Shown here: in pieces, positions 9,342 through 21,094 of the stretch
Numbering within the stretch: position 1 is the first letter of the stretch
Layout: each line of letters opens with the position of its first letter
NCBI GenBank assembly: GCA_015069165.1
Contig: SVJD01000005.1
Span: 6,021-70,020 of the forward strand
DNA from: Oscillospiraceae bacterium
Lineage (GTDB): Bacteria; Bacillota; Clostridia; UBA1212; UBA1255
Direction of reading: 5' to 3'
DNA: 64,000 nucleotides
Made by a program: the position numbers and the translations under genes
The notes under the pieces: model-generated
The model's input: the letters and a program-made list of their open reading frames with translations, nothing else
The model's database searches: none
Told to the model about the DNA's origin: nothing

Positions 9342-9370
9342 ATTATATGAATTTTATTTTGACTTGTCAA
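9342..9370 (-). promoter_or_regulatory. sigma-A-type promoter for fic
   Basis: On the minus strand: TTGACA (9370-9365), 17-nt spacer, TATAAT (9347-9342). Confidence 0.45.
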
Positions 9371-9430
9371 GCTAAATCAAAATAATCGTTACTCTTTTTT
9401 ACTTTTAATTTTGAGTTTAGAATATAGAAA

Positions 9431-9465
9431 GCCGGATGAACTTCTGTGTCCATCCGGCCTTTTAC
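9431..9465 (+). terminator. terminator-like hairpin with no upstream plus-strand gene
   Basis: Stem GCCGGATG / CATCCGGC with a 12-nt loop, then CTTTT. There is no cognate plus-strand gene upstream. Confidence 0.4.
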
Positions 9466-9683
9466 TATGTATTCCAACACCTCTCCTTAATAACAATTAA
9501 AGCCTAAAACAGCTTGTTTTCTCGAAATTTATTGGACAAAATCAGTGAAAAACTCAGTGTTTATGCGGTTTCATAGCTCTTGGTGTTATTATCCTGCGCT
9601 CATCAATTTTCTGTTTCACTCTTCAAGAATTTACTTTTCAAACTGCCTATGCTAAAATGAATAAAACTCTTTGGAGGCAAAAT

Positions 9684-11240
9684 ATGTCAAAAGTTTTCTT
9701 TCGTTATTTAGAACATAACAATGCAGAATTATTTACGATTGTATTTTTACCGCAAGACGGCGCAAAATACCCTACCGTAATTATACGCTCCCCTTACGTT
9801 GATTCATTTCAAAATTTAAGTGAAGAAGAAATTTGCAGAATTAAATCAGAAGAATATCAATGTTGGTTAGAAAATAATTACGCAGTAGTTTTCCAACATT
9901 GCCGAGGCCGCGGAAAAAGCACCGGAGATTGTATTCCGTATATAAACGAAAGAGATGACGGACTTTTTTTACAAGATTGGATAAGAAACCAGCCTTTTTA
10001 TAACGGAGAATTATATTTGTGGGGCGGAAGTTACACCGCAGCCGTACATTTTGTAACATCACCCTTTGCCGAGGACATAAAAGGCGCCGTTTTGCTGTTC
10101 AATGATTGCGAAAGATATAACAGCAATTACCGCAACGGTTTTTTTAAAATGGGACTTCACGGAAGTTGGTATGTAGGAATGTACAAAAATAAAACCTTGG
10201 CAAACAAAAACTACACACCTGAAAGTTTTAATATTTTGCCTCTTTCAAACTTTTCAAAAACTGTTTTCGGAGAATCTGCAAAAAATTTTGACGAAGTATT
10301 AAAACACCCTAATAAAAACGATGATTTTTGGAAAACTCATGCCGGAGGATTTGAATCCCACGATGCCATAAAACACGCAAATATTCCGATTTTACTTCTT
10401 ACAGGTTTTTATGACATCTTCACCGGCGGTGTTTTTGATATGTGGAACTCACTTGATGCGCAAACAAAATCAAAATCGGTTTTAATTGTGCATCCCTTTG
10501 ACCACGATTGCAACGGAAATGCAGAGCCTATAAATTTTGAAAACGGCAATGTCCATACGGAATTCGGAGCTTTTTCTATACTATGGCTTAATTCTGTTCG
10601 TGATAATTCGGAATCCCCTTTTAAAAAAGGCAAAGTCACCTACTACAAGCTATTTGACAACAAATGGCATTGTGATGATTTTAACACAGCAAAGCAGCAG
10701 CAAAAGATAAGTTTAGGCAATGGCAAAGTATCGTACAAATACAACCCTGACAATCCTGCAACTTTCAAAGGCGGCTTATCAGCTAATTTCGGCGGTAACG
10801 CTTGGCAAGACGAGCCCGGTTTGCGAGATGATATTATAACCGTTTATACGCCTGAATTTGCAGAAGATACTTTTGTTAAGGGAAAAATTAAGGCAAAATT
10901 AAAAGTCAAGTCAGACTGTGAAGATACTTGTTTCTACATAAGAATAAGCCTTTGCAAAAACGAAGGATATTACGGAATTCGGGATGACATAAATCAAATA
11001 TCCAATTTCGATGACGAATATGTACCCAACACAGAAATCTATATGGACTTTTCATTTGACGATCACGCCTTTGTGATAAAAAAAGGAGAAAAGCTGCGAA
11101 TTGATATTTCATCATCAGCGTTCCCCCACTATGTAAGGCATACAAATAATAAAGGATTGTTTTCTGAACAAACCGAAACAAAAATTGCCGATAATACTGT
11201 CATCTTAGGTGAGTCATATATAGAATTACCCATCGACTGA
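9684..11240 (+). CDS. CocE/NonD family hydrolase (S15 X-Pro dipeptidyl-peptidase-like alpha/beta hydrolase)
   Basis: N-terminal alpha/beta-hydrolase region with nucleophile elbow WGGSYTA and a C-terminal beta-sandwich-sized domain. ATG at 9684 sits 6 nt after GGAGG. Confidence 0.8.
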   Translation: MSKVFFRYLEHNNAELFTIVFLPQDGAKYPTVIIRSPYVDSFQNLSEEEICRIKSEEYQCWLENNYAVVFQHCRGRGKSTGDCIPYINERDDGLFLQDWIRNQPFYNGELYLWGGSYTAAVHFVTSPFAEDIKGAVLLFNDCERYNSNYRNGFFKMGLHGSWYVGMYKNKTLANKNYTPESFNILPLSNFSKTVFGESAKNFDEVLKHPNKNDDFWKTHAGGFESHDAIKHANIPILLLTGFYDIFTGGVFDMWNSLDAQTKSKSVLIVHPFDHDCNGNAEPINFENGNVHTEFGAFSILWLNSVRDNSESPFKKGKVTYYKLFDNKWHCDDFNTAKQQQKISLGNGKVSYKYNPDNPATFKGGLSANFGGNAWQDEPGLRDDIITVYTPEFAEDTFVKGKIKAKLKVKSDCEDTCFYIRISLCKNEGYYGIRDDINQISNFDDEYVPNTEIYMDFSFDDHAFVIKKGEKLRIDISSSAFPHYVRHTNNKGLFSEQTETKIADNTVILGESYIELPID

Positions 11241-11275
11241 TGGTAAATTTATCTGCAAACCACTATTAAACGATT

Positions 11276-11303
11276 AAAGAGGGGTAAAATCACCCCTCTT
11301 TGT
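11276..11303. terminator. bidirectional terminator between convergent genes
   Basis: Stem AGAGGGGT / ACCCCTCT with loop AAAATC, and A/T runs on both sides. Confidence 0.65.
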
Positions 11304-11845
11304 TATAATAACTCCTGATTATACTCGGCTCTGCAGCCGCCGATAAATTTCGGTCTTGTTCGAGCGGCAAGCACAGTTGCCTCGCCTATCTTATTGTTTT
11401 CCAAACGCAGCGGAACGGCAACTTTCTTTAAATGCATTCCTATAAGGGTAAATCCTATATCGATTCCTGCATCGGCTCTAATCTCTTCCACAACTACCGG
11501 ATTTTCAAATTTCAAGTACGCCTGTGTTGCCATAGAACCGCCCGCTTTAGGTTGCGGAACAACATTAACTAATTCAGAATCCGGAACAACATTCTTCTGT
11601 GTAACAATTGCTCGGTTCAAGTGTTCACAACACTGAAAGGCAAGACTCCACCCCATTTTTTTCGCATATTCATAAATAGCATCAAAAACAACTCCTGCTA
11701 CCTCCGGGCTGGAATTCGTACCGATTTTAGAACCAATAATTTCACTTGTGGAACATCCCACAACAACAATATCCCCGGCTTTAAGCTTCGCTTTTTCACC
11801 AAGTTCTTTCATTACGACAGTAGTCTGTTCAAAGAGTTTATCCAT
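11303..11845 (-). CDS. TIGR01440 / UPF0340 family protein (YwlG-like)
   Basis: Motifs VVGCSTSE, AFQCCEHLNRA, IGMHLK.VAVP and ARTRPKFIGG match the YwlG family. ATG at 11845 sits 8 nt after AGAGGTGA. Confidence 0.75.
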   Translation of the reverse strand: MDKLFEQTTVVMKELGEKAKLKAGDIVVVGCSTSEIIGSKIGTNSSPEVAGVVFDAIYEYAKKMGWSLAFQCCEHLNRAIVTQKNVVPDSELVNVVPQPKAGGSMATQAYLKFENPVVVEEIRADAGIDIGFTLIGMHLKKVAVPLRLENNKIGEATVLAARTRPKFIGGCRAEYNQELL

Positions 11846-11859
11846 AATTATATTCACCT

Positions 11860-13104
11860 CTAAAATTCAAAATCAATCTCTACACTAAAAGTACCTATAT
11901 CCGATTGAATTTTTCTGTAAGAAAATCCGGAACATTCAATTTTCTGTGCAACATTCATAATATTATCCCCGTTCATCCAATCGTATGCTTTTTGCGCATC
12001 TTCATAATTTTTATACTTAATTTCAATTATCACACTGCTATTTTTGCGGTTTACCTCTTTTACTGCATCGTACAACGCATCTTCAAGAATTTTTGCATTA
12101 TATTCTTCAAAGAAAAACGCTTCTTTTACGTAATAATTTTCATCATTTTCTTTGTATTCAGGAAGATTCATATACATTTCATCAAAAGTATGGCTTGCTA
12201 AAATTTCAGCAGTAGTTACATGCAAATAAGAATAATCAACATTATCCTTTAATAATTCTGCATTATCACTTTCAATAACGGGATCTCCCCATGTACAATC
12301 AACATAATACCAGTCCCCGTCTATCTTGACAATATTCCAAGCGTGAAGATCCCCTTTGCCCTCTCCGCAAATATAACCTGCTTCAACACCGCATTTTTGC
12401 ATTATATACAGATACGCCTTAGTATAGCCGTCGCATTTGGTTATTCCGTCTATTAAAGCTCCGCACATATTGTACATATTATCTCCGTCACCGTAAGTGA
12501 CATTTTGCGCTAAATACGTATACACATATTTTGATTTATTGTAATCATCAAAATCTTTAATTTCTTCGCATATTTCATTTACAATTTTGTCAATTTTTTC
12601 TTGTTTGAGCTTTGCAGTTTCAGAATCCATGTTCATCTCAAACTTCAAAACTACCGAATAAGCTTTAAAATCAGTTTCATACATATACGAATAACTGTTT
12701 TCATACATAAAAAGCTCAGGATGATCTCTTAAAACTGAAAAAATAGCATTTGACGTTATTTCTTTTATTGCCTTTTCAGAAGCAAAATAACCCGTCAAAG
12801 AAGATAAACTTACAGATGTTTCACCTTTTTTCATACCGCTGTAAATTATATCATATACAAGCTTCTCGTATCTATTTAAGAAATTATTACGAGAATAACA
12901 AGTTATATCATCTTCATAAGATTCCGCATTCTCAGGAGCAGTAAAATCTGTTACCCCGGGATTTTCGTTTTTCTCATAAACAGAACTTATGTTAGTCTGA
13001 GAATTTAAACTCGAAGTAAAATCCTTAATAAATTCCGAAAAGTTACATCCCGACAGAATAACAGTGTATATTAAAACGAGAAATAAAAGTAATTTCTTTT
13101 TCAA
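11860..13104 (-). CDS. transglutaminase-like cysteine protease-fold lipoprotein
   Basis: Lipobox LSGC after a KKKLLLFLVLIY signal. Cys-His-Asp core (CDGYTKAY ... HAWNIV ... YVDCTWGD). TTG at 13104 sits 8 nt after GGAGG. Confidence 0.75.
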   Translation of the reverse strand: MKKKLLLFLVLIYTVILSGCNFSEFIKDFTSSLNSQTNISSVYEKNENPGVTDFTAPENAESYEDDITCYSRNNFLNRYEKLVYDIIYSGMKKGETSVSLSSLTGYFASEKAIKEITSNAIFSVLRDHPELFMYENSYSYMYETDFKAYSVVLKFEMNMDSETAKLKQEKIDKIVNEICEEIKDFDDYNKSKYVYTYLAQNVTYGDGDNMYNMCGALIDGITKCDGYTKAYLYIMQKCGVEAGYICGEGKGDLHAWNIVKIDGDWYYVDCTWGDPVIESDNAELLKDNVDYSYLHVTTAEILASHTFDEMYMNLPEYKENDENYYVKEAFFFEEYNAKILEDALYDAVKEVNRKNSSVIIEIKYKNYEDAQKAYDWMNGDNIMNVAQKIECSGFSYRKIQSDIGTFSVEIDFEF

Positions 13105-13192
13105 CGCCAAGGCCTCCAACAGATAACAGTAAACCACCCGACTTGCGGATGGTTTACAATAAAACTCAAATCAATTAATTTCTTTAACGGAA

Positions 13193-14815
<1,623 letters not shown>

Positions 14816-14830
14816 TTATATCCTCCCAAA

Positions 14831-15130
<300 letters not shown>

Positions 15131-15162
15131 TTATGATTTAAAAAATTAACTTTCCCAGAGTT

Positions 15163-15189
15163 TTAGCACTCATTTTGCTCGAGTGCTAA
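15163..15189 (-). promoter_or_regulatory. CIRCE operator (HrcA binding site)
   Basis: Perfect consensus TTAGCACTC-N9-GAGTGCTAA, located between the promoter and the groES RBS. Confidence 0.9.
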
Positions 15190-15201
15190 CAACTGCACTA
15201 T

Positions 15202-15230
15202 AATATACTCCGTTTCTCCAAATATTGCAA
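15202..15230 (-). promoter_or_regulatory. sigma-A-type promoter of groES-groEL
   Basis: On the minus strand: TTGCAA (15230-15225), 17-nt spacer, TATATT (15207-15202). It lies 12 nt upstream of CIRCE. Confidence 0.5.
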
Positions 15231-15278
15231 GTCATATTTTAATAAAATTTTTCTTAATTTTCCATTAATCATAATCCA

Positions 15279-17606
15279 TCACGGATTTTCCAATTTTGCA
15301 TAAGCAATGATAAGCCTTTTCATACCGCACTCATCGAAAACAATCTCAAGCGTTTTGTTCATACCGTCTCCGAGAATTTTTGAAACAGTACCTACTCCGA
15401 ATTTCTTATGCTTAACTCTCTGTCCTATATCAAATTCTTTTAAGTATTTGCCGCCGTCTTCCTCAGTCTTTGAAACAATAGCTTTTGCCGCACTTATTCC
15501 GGCAGCCGCAGAAAGTTTTTTGTTATACGCTTCTTCTGCATCAAATTGTTTCTTCAAAAAGCTGTTTGCTTGCTGATATTGTCTGCTTTCTAAATTACTT
15601 CCGAATCCCGGAGTTCCTCTCCCTTGCGAAAATCTGTTTTGGGGCTTTTGATTAAGGCCTTGCACGCAAGAAGCAGGAAGTTCAGCCAAAAATCTCGATG
15701 GTTGATTTCTGGTTGTTTTACCGTAGAGCATTCTCTCTTCTGTATTTATTATATATAACTTTCTCATAGCACGTGTAATTGCTACATAGCAAAGTCGTCT
15801 TTCTTCGTTTATTGCCTCCGGTGACTCATCCATAGACCTGTAGGACGGGAAAATTCCGTCTTCTGTGCCGACTATAAACACAACGGGAAACTCCAAACCT
15901 TTTGCACTGTGTATTGTCATTAAAGTCACTTTGTTGTTATCATCATCTGCCGCTGATTTCGTGTCTGCATCTGAACTTAACGAAACATACTCAAGGAATC
16001 CGGCATACGTAATATCGTCATTACCCAAATTACGTTGCTCTATTTCATATTCTTTCGCTACCGAGAGAAATTCTCGTAAGTTGTCTGCTCTTGCTTGATC
16101 TTCAATCTGCGAATCTTCTTTTTCGTACGCTGCGAGCATTCCTGTTTCATCAAATACTTTTTGTATAAAATCAGGTATAGCCATTTCGTCTGCTTGGAGC
16201 ATTATTTCAGAAAACTTTAATGCTGTTTCAAACATTCTCGGTGCAGTACGGGCAAGTTCCGGGTATTCCGTTGCAGACAACATAACATTAAATAACGATG
16301 TATTTTCGCGTTCTGCAATCTCGACTGCTCTTGCTAAGGCCGTCTGCCCTATTCCGCGTTTGGGCACGTTTATAATCCTTTTTAGTGACACATCGTCTGC
16401 CGGATTATTAAAAACTCTCAAATAAGCAATTAAATCTTTGATTTCCATTCTGTCAAAGAATCGCAGACCGCCGTAAATTTTATACGGAATTCCGTGTTTT
16501 ACCAAAGCGTTTTCTATATTTTTGGACAGTGCGTTTGCTCTGTACAAAACGGCGTAATCGCTGTAATTCATATCGCCCGTTACGACACCCTTCTTTATTT
16601 CACGCACCACATAGTCGGCTTCTTCATTTTGATTGTATGCAGTATAATGAATAATCTTGTCTCCGTCACCTTTTGCTGTCCACAGTGATTTTGATTTTCT
16701 GCCGGAATTGTTTGCGATAACTTTATTTGCGGCATCAAGTATATACTGTGTCGAGCGGTAATTTTGCTCTAATTTTATAACTTTACAATTTCTGTTTTCT
16801 TTCTCGAAATTGAGTATATTTCGTATATCTGCCCCTCTGAAACTGTAAATACTCTGGTCATCATCGCCCACCACGCATAAATTATGATGTTTTGCCGCAA
16901 GCTTTGACACAAATAAATATTGTGCTTGGTTTGTATCTTGGTACTCGTCTACCATAATATATTTAAACCTGTCTTGATAATACTCTAAAACATCGGGACA
17001 CTTATCGAACAACTCCAAAGTGTTTAACAGCATATCATCAAAGTCCATTGCGTTATTTTTACGCAAAGTATCTCGATACATCTGATAGCACATAGCGAGC
17101 ATTCTGCTGTCGTAATTCTTCATATCCGACATATCCGCATATTGCTCAGGCGAAATCATTTCGTCTTTTTGCTTTGAAATAACTGCTTTTATTGTACCGT
17201 GTGTAAGTCTTTTATCGTCAATATTTAATCGTCTTTGACAGTCCTTAATTACCGCTGTTGCCTCGGAATCATCATAAATTACGAAATTCTTTGTAAAGCC
17301 TATCCTTTCTGCATGGGCTCTTAAAATCTTACCGCAAGCCGCGTGAAAAGTGTTAAGCCACATTCCGTTGATATTGCCGTTTAATAACCTTTCTGTTCTT
17401 TCCTGCATTTCACGCGCCGCTTTATTTGTAAAAGTAATTGCCATTATATTGTACGGTGAAACACCGCATTCACCTACGAGATATGCAATTCTGTAAGTAA
17501 GTACGCGCGTTTTACCGCTTCCCGCACCTGCAAGTATCAGCACAGGACCTTCAGTAGACACGACTGCCTCATACTGTCTGTCGTTCAATTCATTTTTATA
17601 ATCCAT
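15279..17606 (-). CDS. pcrA: ATP-dependent DNA helicase PcrA (UvrD/Rep superfamily 1)
   Basis: Helicase motifs AGAGSGKT, VDEYQDTN, NYRST and TIHSAKGLEFPVVF; size 775 aa. Confidence 0.9.
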   Translation of the reverse strand: MDYKNELNDRQYEAVVSTEGPVLILAGAGSGKTRVLTYRIAYLVGECGVSPYNIMAITFTNKAAREMQERTERLLNGNINGMWLNTFHAACGKILRAHAERIGFTKNFVIYDDSEATAVIKDCQRRLNIDDKRLTHGTIKAVISKQKDEMISPEQYADMSDMKNYDSRMLAMCYQMYRDTLRKNNAMDFDDMLLNTLELFDKCPDVLEYYQDRFKYIMVDEYQDTNQAQYLFVSKLAAKHHNLCVVGDDDQSIYSFRGADIRNILNFEKENRNCKVIKLEQNYRSTQYILDAANKVIANNSGRKSKSLWTAKGDGDKIIHYTAYNQNEEADYVVREIKKGVVTGDMNYSDYAVLYRANALSKNIENALVKHGIPYKIYGGLRFFDRMEIKDLIAYLRVFNNPADDVSLKRIINVPKRGIGQTALARAVEIAERENTSLFNVMLSATEYPELARTAPRMFETALKFSEIMLQADEMAIPDFIQKVFDETGMLAAYEKEDSQIEDQARADNLREFLSVAKEYEIEQRNLGNDDITYAGFLEYVSLSSDADTKSAADDDNNKVTLMTIHSAKGLEFPVVFIVGTEDGIFPSYRSMDESPEAINEERRLCYVAITRAMRKLYIINTEERMLYGKTTRNQPSRFLAELPASCVQGLNQKPQNRFSQGRGTPGFGSNLESRQYQQANSFLKKQFDAEEAYNKKLSAAAGISAAKAIVSKTEEDGGKYLKEFDIGQRVKHKKFGVGTVSKILGDGMNKTLEIVFDECGMKRLIIAYAKLENP

Positions 17607-17633
17607 TTTTATAACCTTTCCTTCTTGCCTTGG

Positions 17634-18404
17634 TTATTCTACCAAGCGACCTTTGAACACTTCGTAAAGCACTACTCCTGCCGCTACCGAAGCATTAAGT
17701 GATGAAACTTCACCTTTCATTGGTATTGTTACTATAAAATCACATTTTTTCGTTACAAGATTGCCCATTCCGTGCCCTTCGCTGCCTATGACAATTCCGA
17801 TAGGTCCTTTAAAATCGGCCTTATAAAACGGTACTGTTCCCGTCAAATCCGTTCCCGCTATCCAAAGACCTGCTTCTTTCAGTTGGTCAATTGTTGCCGG
17901 AATATTCGAAACTCTTGCAATCGGTACGTGCGCCGATGCTCCTGCCGAAGTTTTAGCTACTGTTCCCGTAAGCTGTACACTTCTGCGCTTCGGAATGATT
18001 ATGCCGTGAGCCCCTACTGCATCTGCCGTTCTTATGATTGCTCCGAAATTATGAGGATCTTGTATTTCATCGAGAATTATTACAAAAGGTGCCTCGTTTG
18101 CATCTTTTGCTTTTTGCAAAATATCATCTACTTCGCAATATTCAGCAGGCGAAGTATACAATGCTACTCCTTGATGATTTTTAGTTCCCGTAATATCGTT
18201 AAGTTTGTTTTTTTCAACAAATTGATATACAAGATGTTTTTCTTTTACAAGAGCCATTATAGCTTTAAGAGAGCCTGAAATATCTCCCGAAGATATAAGC
18301 ACCTTATTTATGGGCATTCCGGATTTTATTGCCTCTGTTACAGCATTTCTGCCGTAAACTATTTCTTCTGAAATATTTTCACTTGATTTATTTTCTCGAT
18401 TCAT
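17634..18404 (-). CDS. rlmB: 23S rRNA (guanosine-2'-O)-methyltransferase RlmB (SpoU/TrmH family)
   Basis: SpoU motifs LDEIQDPHNFGAIIRTA and SLNASVAAGVVLYE. ATG at 18404 sits 6 nt after GGGAGAA. It follows mrnC, as in other Firmicutes. Confidence 0.85.
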   Translation of the reverse strand: MNRENKSSENISEEIVYGRNAVTEAIKSGMPINKVLISSGDISGSLKAIMALVKEKHLVYQFVEKNKLNDITGTKNHQGVALYTSPAEYCEVDDILQKAKDANEAPFVIILDEIQDPHNFGAIIRTADAVGAHGIIIPKRRSVQLTGTVAKTSAGASAHVPIARVSNIPATIDQLKEAGLWIAGTDLTGTVPFYKADFKGPIGIVIGSEGHGMGNLVTKKCDFIVTIPMKGEVSSLNASVAAGVVLYEVFKGRLVE

Positions 18405-18819
18405 CTCTGATTCTCCCGATTTCAATTGATTTCTTTAAAATATACTCTAATCTCTCTTTATTATCCGAAAGGTACAAATACCCGATAAGCACCTCGTATG
18501 CAGTTGCGTATCTGTAGTCAACAACGTCCGCGTTTTTAGGTACTGTATGCGGATGTGCATTACGGCCTCTGCGTACAAAATTCTGTTCGTCTTCCGTAAG
18601 CTCTTCTTCAAGCTCATGCAGAATATGGGCTTGTGCCTTTGCTTTTACAAAGAAAACAGACTTTCTGTGCAGATCATTTACATCTCTGTATTTTTCTGTA
18701 ATAAGAAAATTACGTATATAAAGCTCATACACACAATCCCCCACAAAAGCTAAAACCAAAGGCTTCATTTGCAAAAGCTCGATTTTTGTATATTTTTTAT
18801 TTTCTAATCCTTCAAACAA
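18388..18819 (-). CDS. mrnC: Mini-ribonuclease 3
   Basis: LAFVGDCVYELYIR RNase III-like signature; 143 aa; TTG start after AAAGGAAAAGGA. Confidence 0.85.
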   Translation of the reverse strand: MFEGLENKKYTKIELLQMKPLVLAFVGDCVYELYIRNFLITEKYRDVNDLHRKSVFFVKAKAQAHILHELEEELTEDEQNFVRRGRNAHPHTVPKNADVVDYRYATAYEVLIGYLYLSDNKERLEYILKKSIEIGRIRDESRK

Positions 18820-21094
18820 AATCTTCTGTCCTTTTCCTTTTTAATTTTTCTCTCGTCAATAAAAAAACGCAAACAAGCGAAGCTGCTGCTATAACACCGC
18901 TCAAAATGCAAAATCTTATAAACTTACTCCTAAAGCTTGCCATAACGGCAAACTCCATTCCATCCGTTATCAAACTCGAATCAACAACTTGGAACGACGG
19001 GTTTTCCCAAGCGTCTGTCGTATTTTCTTCTTCTGCGCTGTTAACACAGTATTTGTCTTTTAAAGTTTTGTTTGCTCCACTTACAAGCTTTATCATTTCT
19101 TCATCAGAAAAATCAAAATCCCACCAATATGAAATCTGAACTCCCGACTCTGTAATAAAATTAAGATGAACCTTAGTATCGTTGTAAAAATCTTGACCTT
19201 CTGCTAAACTTGCAGAGCTTGTAGCACCGTTAAACAAAACTTTTCCTAACTTCTGTGCTTGTAACACATATTTCGGCAAATCACAATGCCCGTATGCATG
19301 AACACTGATAACATCAAGTGTCTTATTAAGCAAAGTCAAAGCTTCTTCGCCTTGTTCGCTTTTAAAAATACTGTCACCACTCGTTATAAGGTGTACTTTA
19401 TCAAATTCACGGATTATATCTGCACAATCTGCGTAAAACTCAGCTAATTGAGTTAAAGAATAATCCGGGTTAATATCCATTTCGCTTGCAATTTCCCACA
19501 TTAAAACTGACTTTCTGTCTTTATATCTTGTAATAAATTTTTCTAAATAACTATACAAATTCTTTCTTGATTCACTTTGAGAATCCACTATTAAATCAAG
19601 TTTAGTTTCTGTACTTAAAACATATTCTTCTGTACTAACCAAATCTTTTTTAAGAAGATAATCTTCTGCCAAGCCCAGGCATGCAACAACTTTTATTTCG
19701 TATTTGTCACACAAATCAAAAAATTCGTCCATTGCCTTGAAATACTTATCCTGTTGATTCTCGTCGTATATTAAATTTAATAATTCATCGGAAAACGTAA
19801 AAACTCTTATTGACTTAACACCAAGCTCATTAAGTTGTTTCAATTCATTTTCCGCGCTTTGTAAGTTGCCGGTTAAAACTTTATTAAACAAATCAGCCTT
19901 GTTAAAGCTTATTTCGTAATACGGCTCTGCATTCATATACAGTTTGCCGCCTATTATTTTAAGCAAACCGTCTTTTTTTGCTTCACCAAGTGAAATAACC
20001 ACAGTATTTGCCGCACTGTCCCACCATACTTTTGCATTTAAAACCTCACTTAAAAAATTAAGAGGCACCATTATAACGCCGTTTATCTTCTCAGGAGCAT
20101 TCAAAATTGTATATTCTTTACCGTTTATTCTTAAAACTTTGCTTCCAATTACAGCCTCTGCCGTAACATTCTCATTGGCCAATACAAATATTTTTTTTGC
20201 CTTGTCTTCTGTAAGCGTTAAGCCAAGACATCTTGCCAACTGTTCAATATCTGTATATACAGTGTTTTTTTTGGAAACCGGAGCATTTGCCATTGCAATT
20301 TCCGTAGTATTTATAAAAACACGAATATTCTTATTTTCTTTTATTTGTGTCTGAATTATTTCGGGTGCCTCTCCCGTGTTTTGTTCTGAATATTTCTGCA
20401 TATTTTTACCTTTTGCAAATACGCATACATTATCTATAATCACATACGATTTATTTGCAGCTTCAAGTGATTTTACATTCACTTGAATATCTTCTGCGGA
20501 ATATACTTTTACGCCGCTGCTGCAATTTTCGGCCGCAAGTACATCATTTACATATATGTTGTACAAATCGCTTTTTCTTGAAAACTCGCAATAAATTCCG
20601 TAACGAATATCTTGATCAAGTTCTGCAACAGTGTTGTTATTGCAGTCCTTTAATAAAATCTTCTCATTATTTTTAGAAATACAAAATGCGTTAACATGCG
20701 CATATTTTGTTTTGTTTGCAGAGGGTTGCAATGTTGTAAATGATACATTTAAATCATTATTAAACTCTGCATCTGCTCTTACCGTAAGTCCCACATACAT
20801 TTTCTCGTCAATCAAGGATAAAGCATCCCATCTCATATCACACTCATTTATTGCCAAAGAGCGCGTACCTAACAAAGAAAAGTCAGAACCTACAACTTTA
20901 ATCTTGCTGTTTTCTGATAAATAAGAAACACCGAGTTCTTCCTTTCCTACATTAAAATCGTCTGTTGTTTCGAGATTTTCATACGTTTGGTCAAGACGAT
21001 AATATAGCTCAGAACCTGCAAAAACAGAAAAGGCGGGCATCGCCGCCACTGATATTATCAATGCAAGCAGTAATGATACCCACCTTTTTTTCAT
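18812..21094 (-). CDS. secreted, C-terminally membrane-anchored protein with a copper-amine-oxidase-N-like (stalk) domain and a GH5-like TIM-barrel region
   Basis: Signal peptide MKKRWVSLLLALIISVAAMPAFSVFA. The segment IRVFINTTEIAM...VPLNFLSEVLNAKVWWD resembles the clostridial stalk domain. The segment IRVFTFSD...LMWEIASEMD...ISVHAYGH resembles clan GH-A. There is a terminal TM helix. I could not confirm catalytic residues. Confidence 0.6.
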   Translation of the reverse strand: MKKRWVSLLLALIISVAAMPAFSVFAGSELYYRLDQTYENLETTDDFNVGKEELGVSYLSENSKIKVVGSDFSLLGTRSLAINECDMRWDALSLIDEKMYVGLTVRADAEFNNDLNVSFTTLQPSANKTKYAHVNAFCISKNNEKILLKDCNNNTVAELDQDIRYGIYCEFSRKSDLYNIYVNDVLAAENCSSGVKVYSAEDIQVNVKSLEAANKSYVIIDNVCVFAKGKNMQKYSEQNTGEAPEIIQTQIKENKNIRVFINTTEIAMANAPVSKKNTVYTDIEQLARCLGLTLTEDKAKKIFVLANENVTAEAVIGSKVLRINGKEYTILNAPEKINGVIMVPLNFLSEVLNAKVWWDSAANTVVISLGEAKKDGLLKIIGGKLYMNAEPYYEISFNKADLFNKVLTGNLQSAENELKQLNELGVKSIRVFTFSDELLNLIYDENQQDKYFKAMDEFFDLCDKYEIKVVACLGLAEDYLLKKDLVSTEEYVLSTETKLDLIVDSQSESRKNLYSYLEKFITRYKDRKSVLMWEIASEMDINPDYSLTQLAEFYADCADIIREFDKVHLITSGDSIFKSEQGEEALTLLNKTLDVISVHAYGHCDLPKYVLQAQKLGKVLFNGATSSASLAEGQDFYNDTKVHLNFITESGVQISYWWDFDFSDEEMIKLVSGANKTLKDKYCVNSAEEENTTDAWENPSFQVVDSSLITDGMEFAVMASFRSKFIRFCILSGVIAAASLVCVFLLTREKLKRKRTEDFV

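Noticed and set aside
9367-9480. 37-codon minus-strand ORF preceded by AAGGAGAGG, upstream of fic. It could have been a small class I Fic antitoxin.
   Set aside because: Its 3' end contains the consensus fic promoter, and its middle is the stem-loop at 9431-9465. The Fic protein already carries its own inhibitory SxxxEG helix (class II), so no separate antitoxin is needed.
7896-9683. The possibility that the fic region is an intact integrative mobile element at tRNA-Arg.
   Set aside because: There is no integrase, recombinase or excisionase ORF. By eye I found no direct repeat of the tRNA-Arg 3' end (…GCTGGGTGCGCCA) on the far side. At most it is a remnant, and it is reported only as a low-interest finding.
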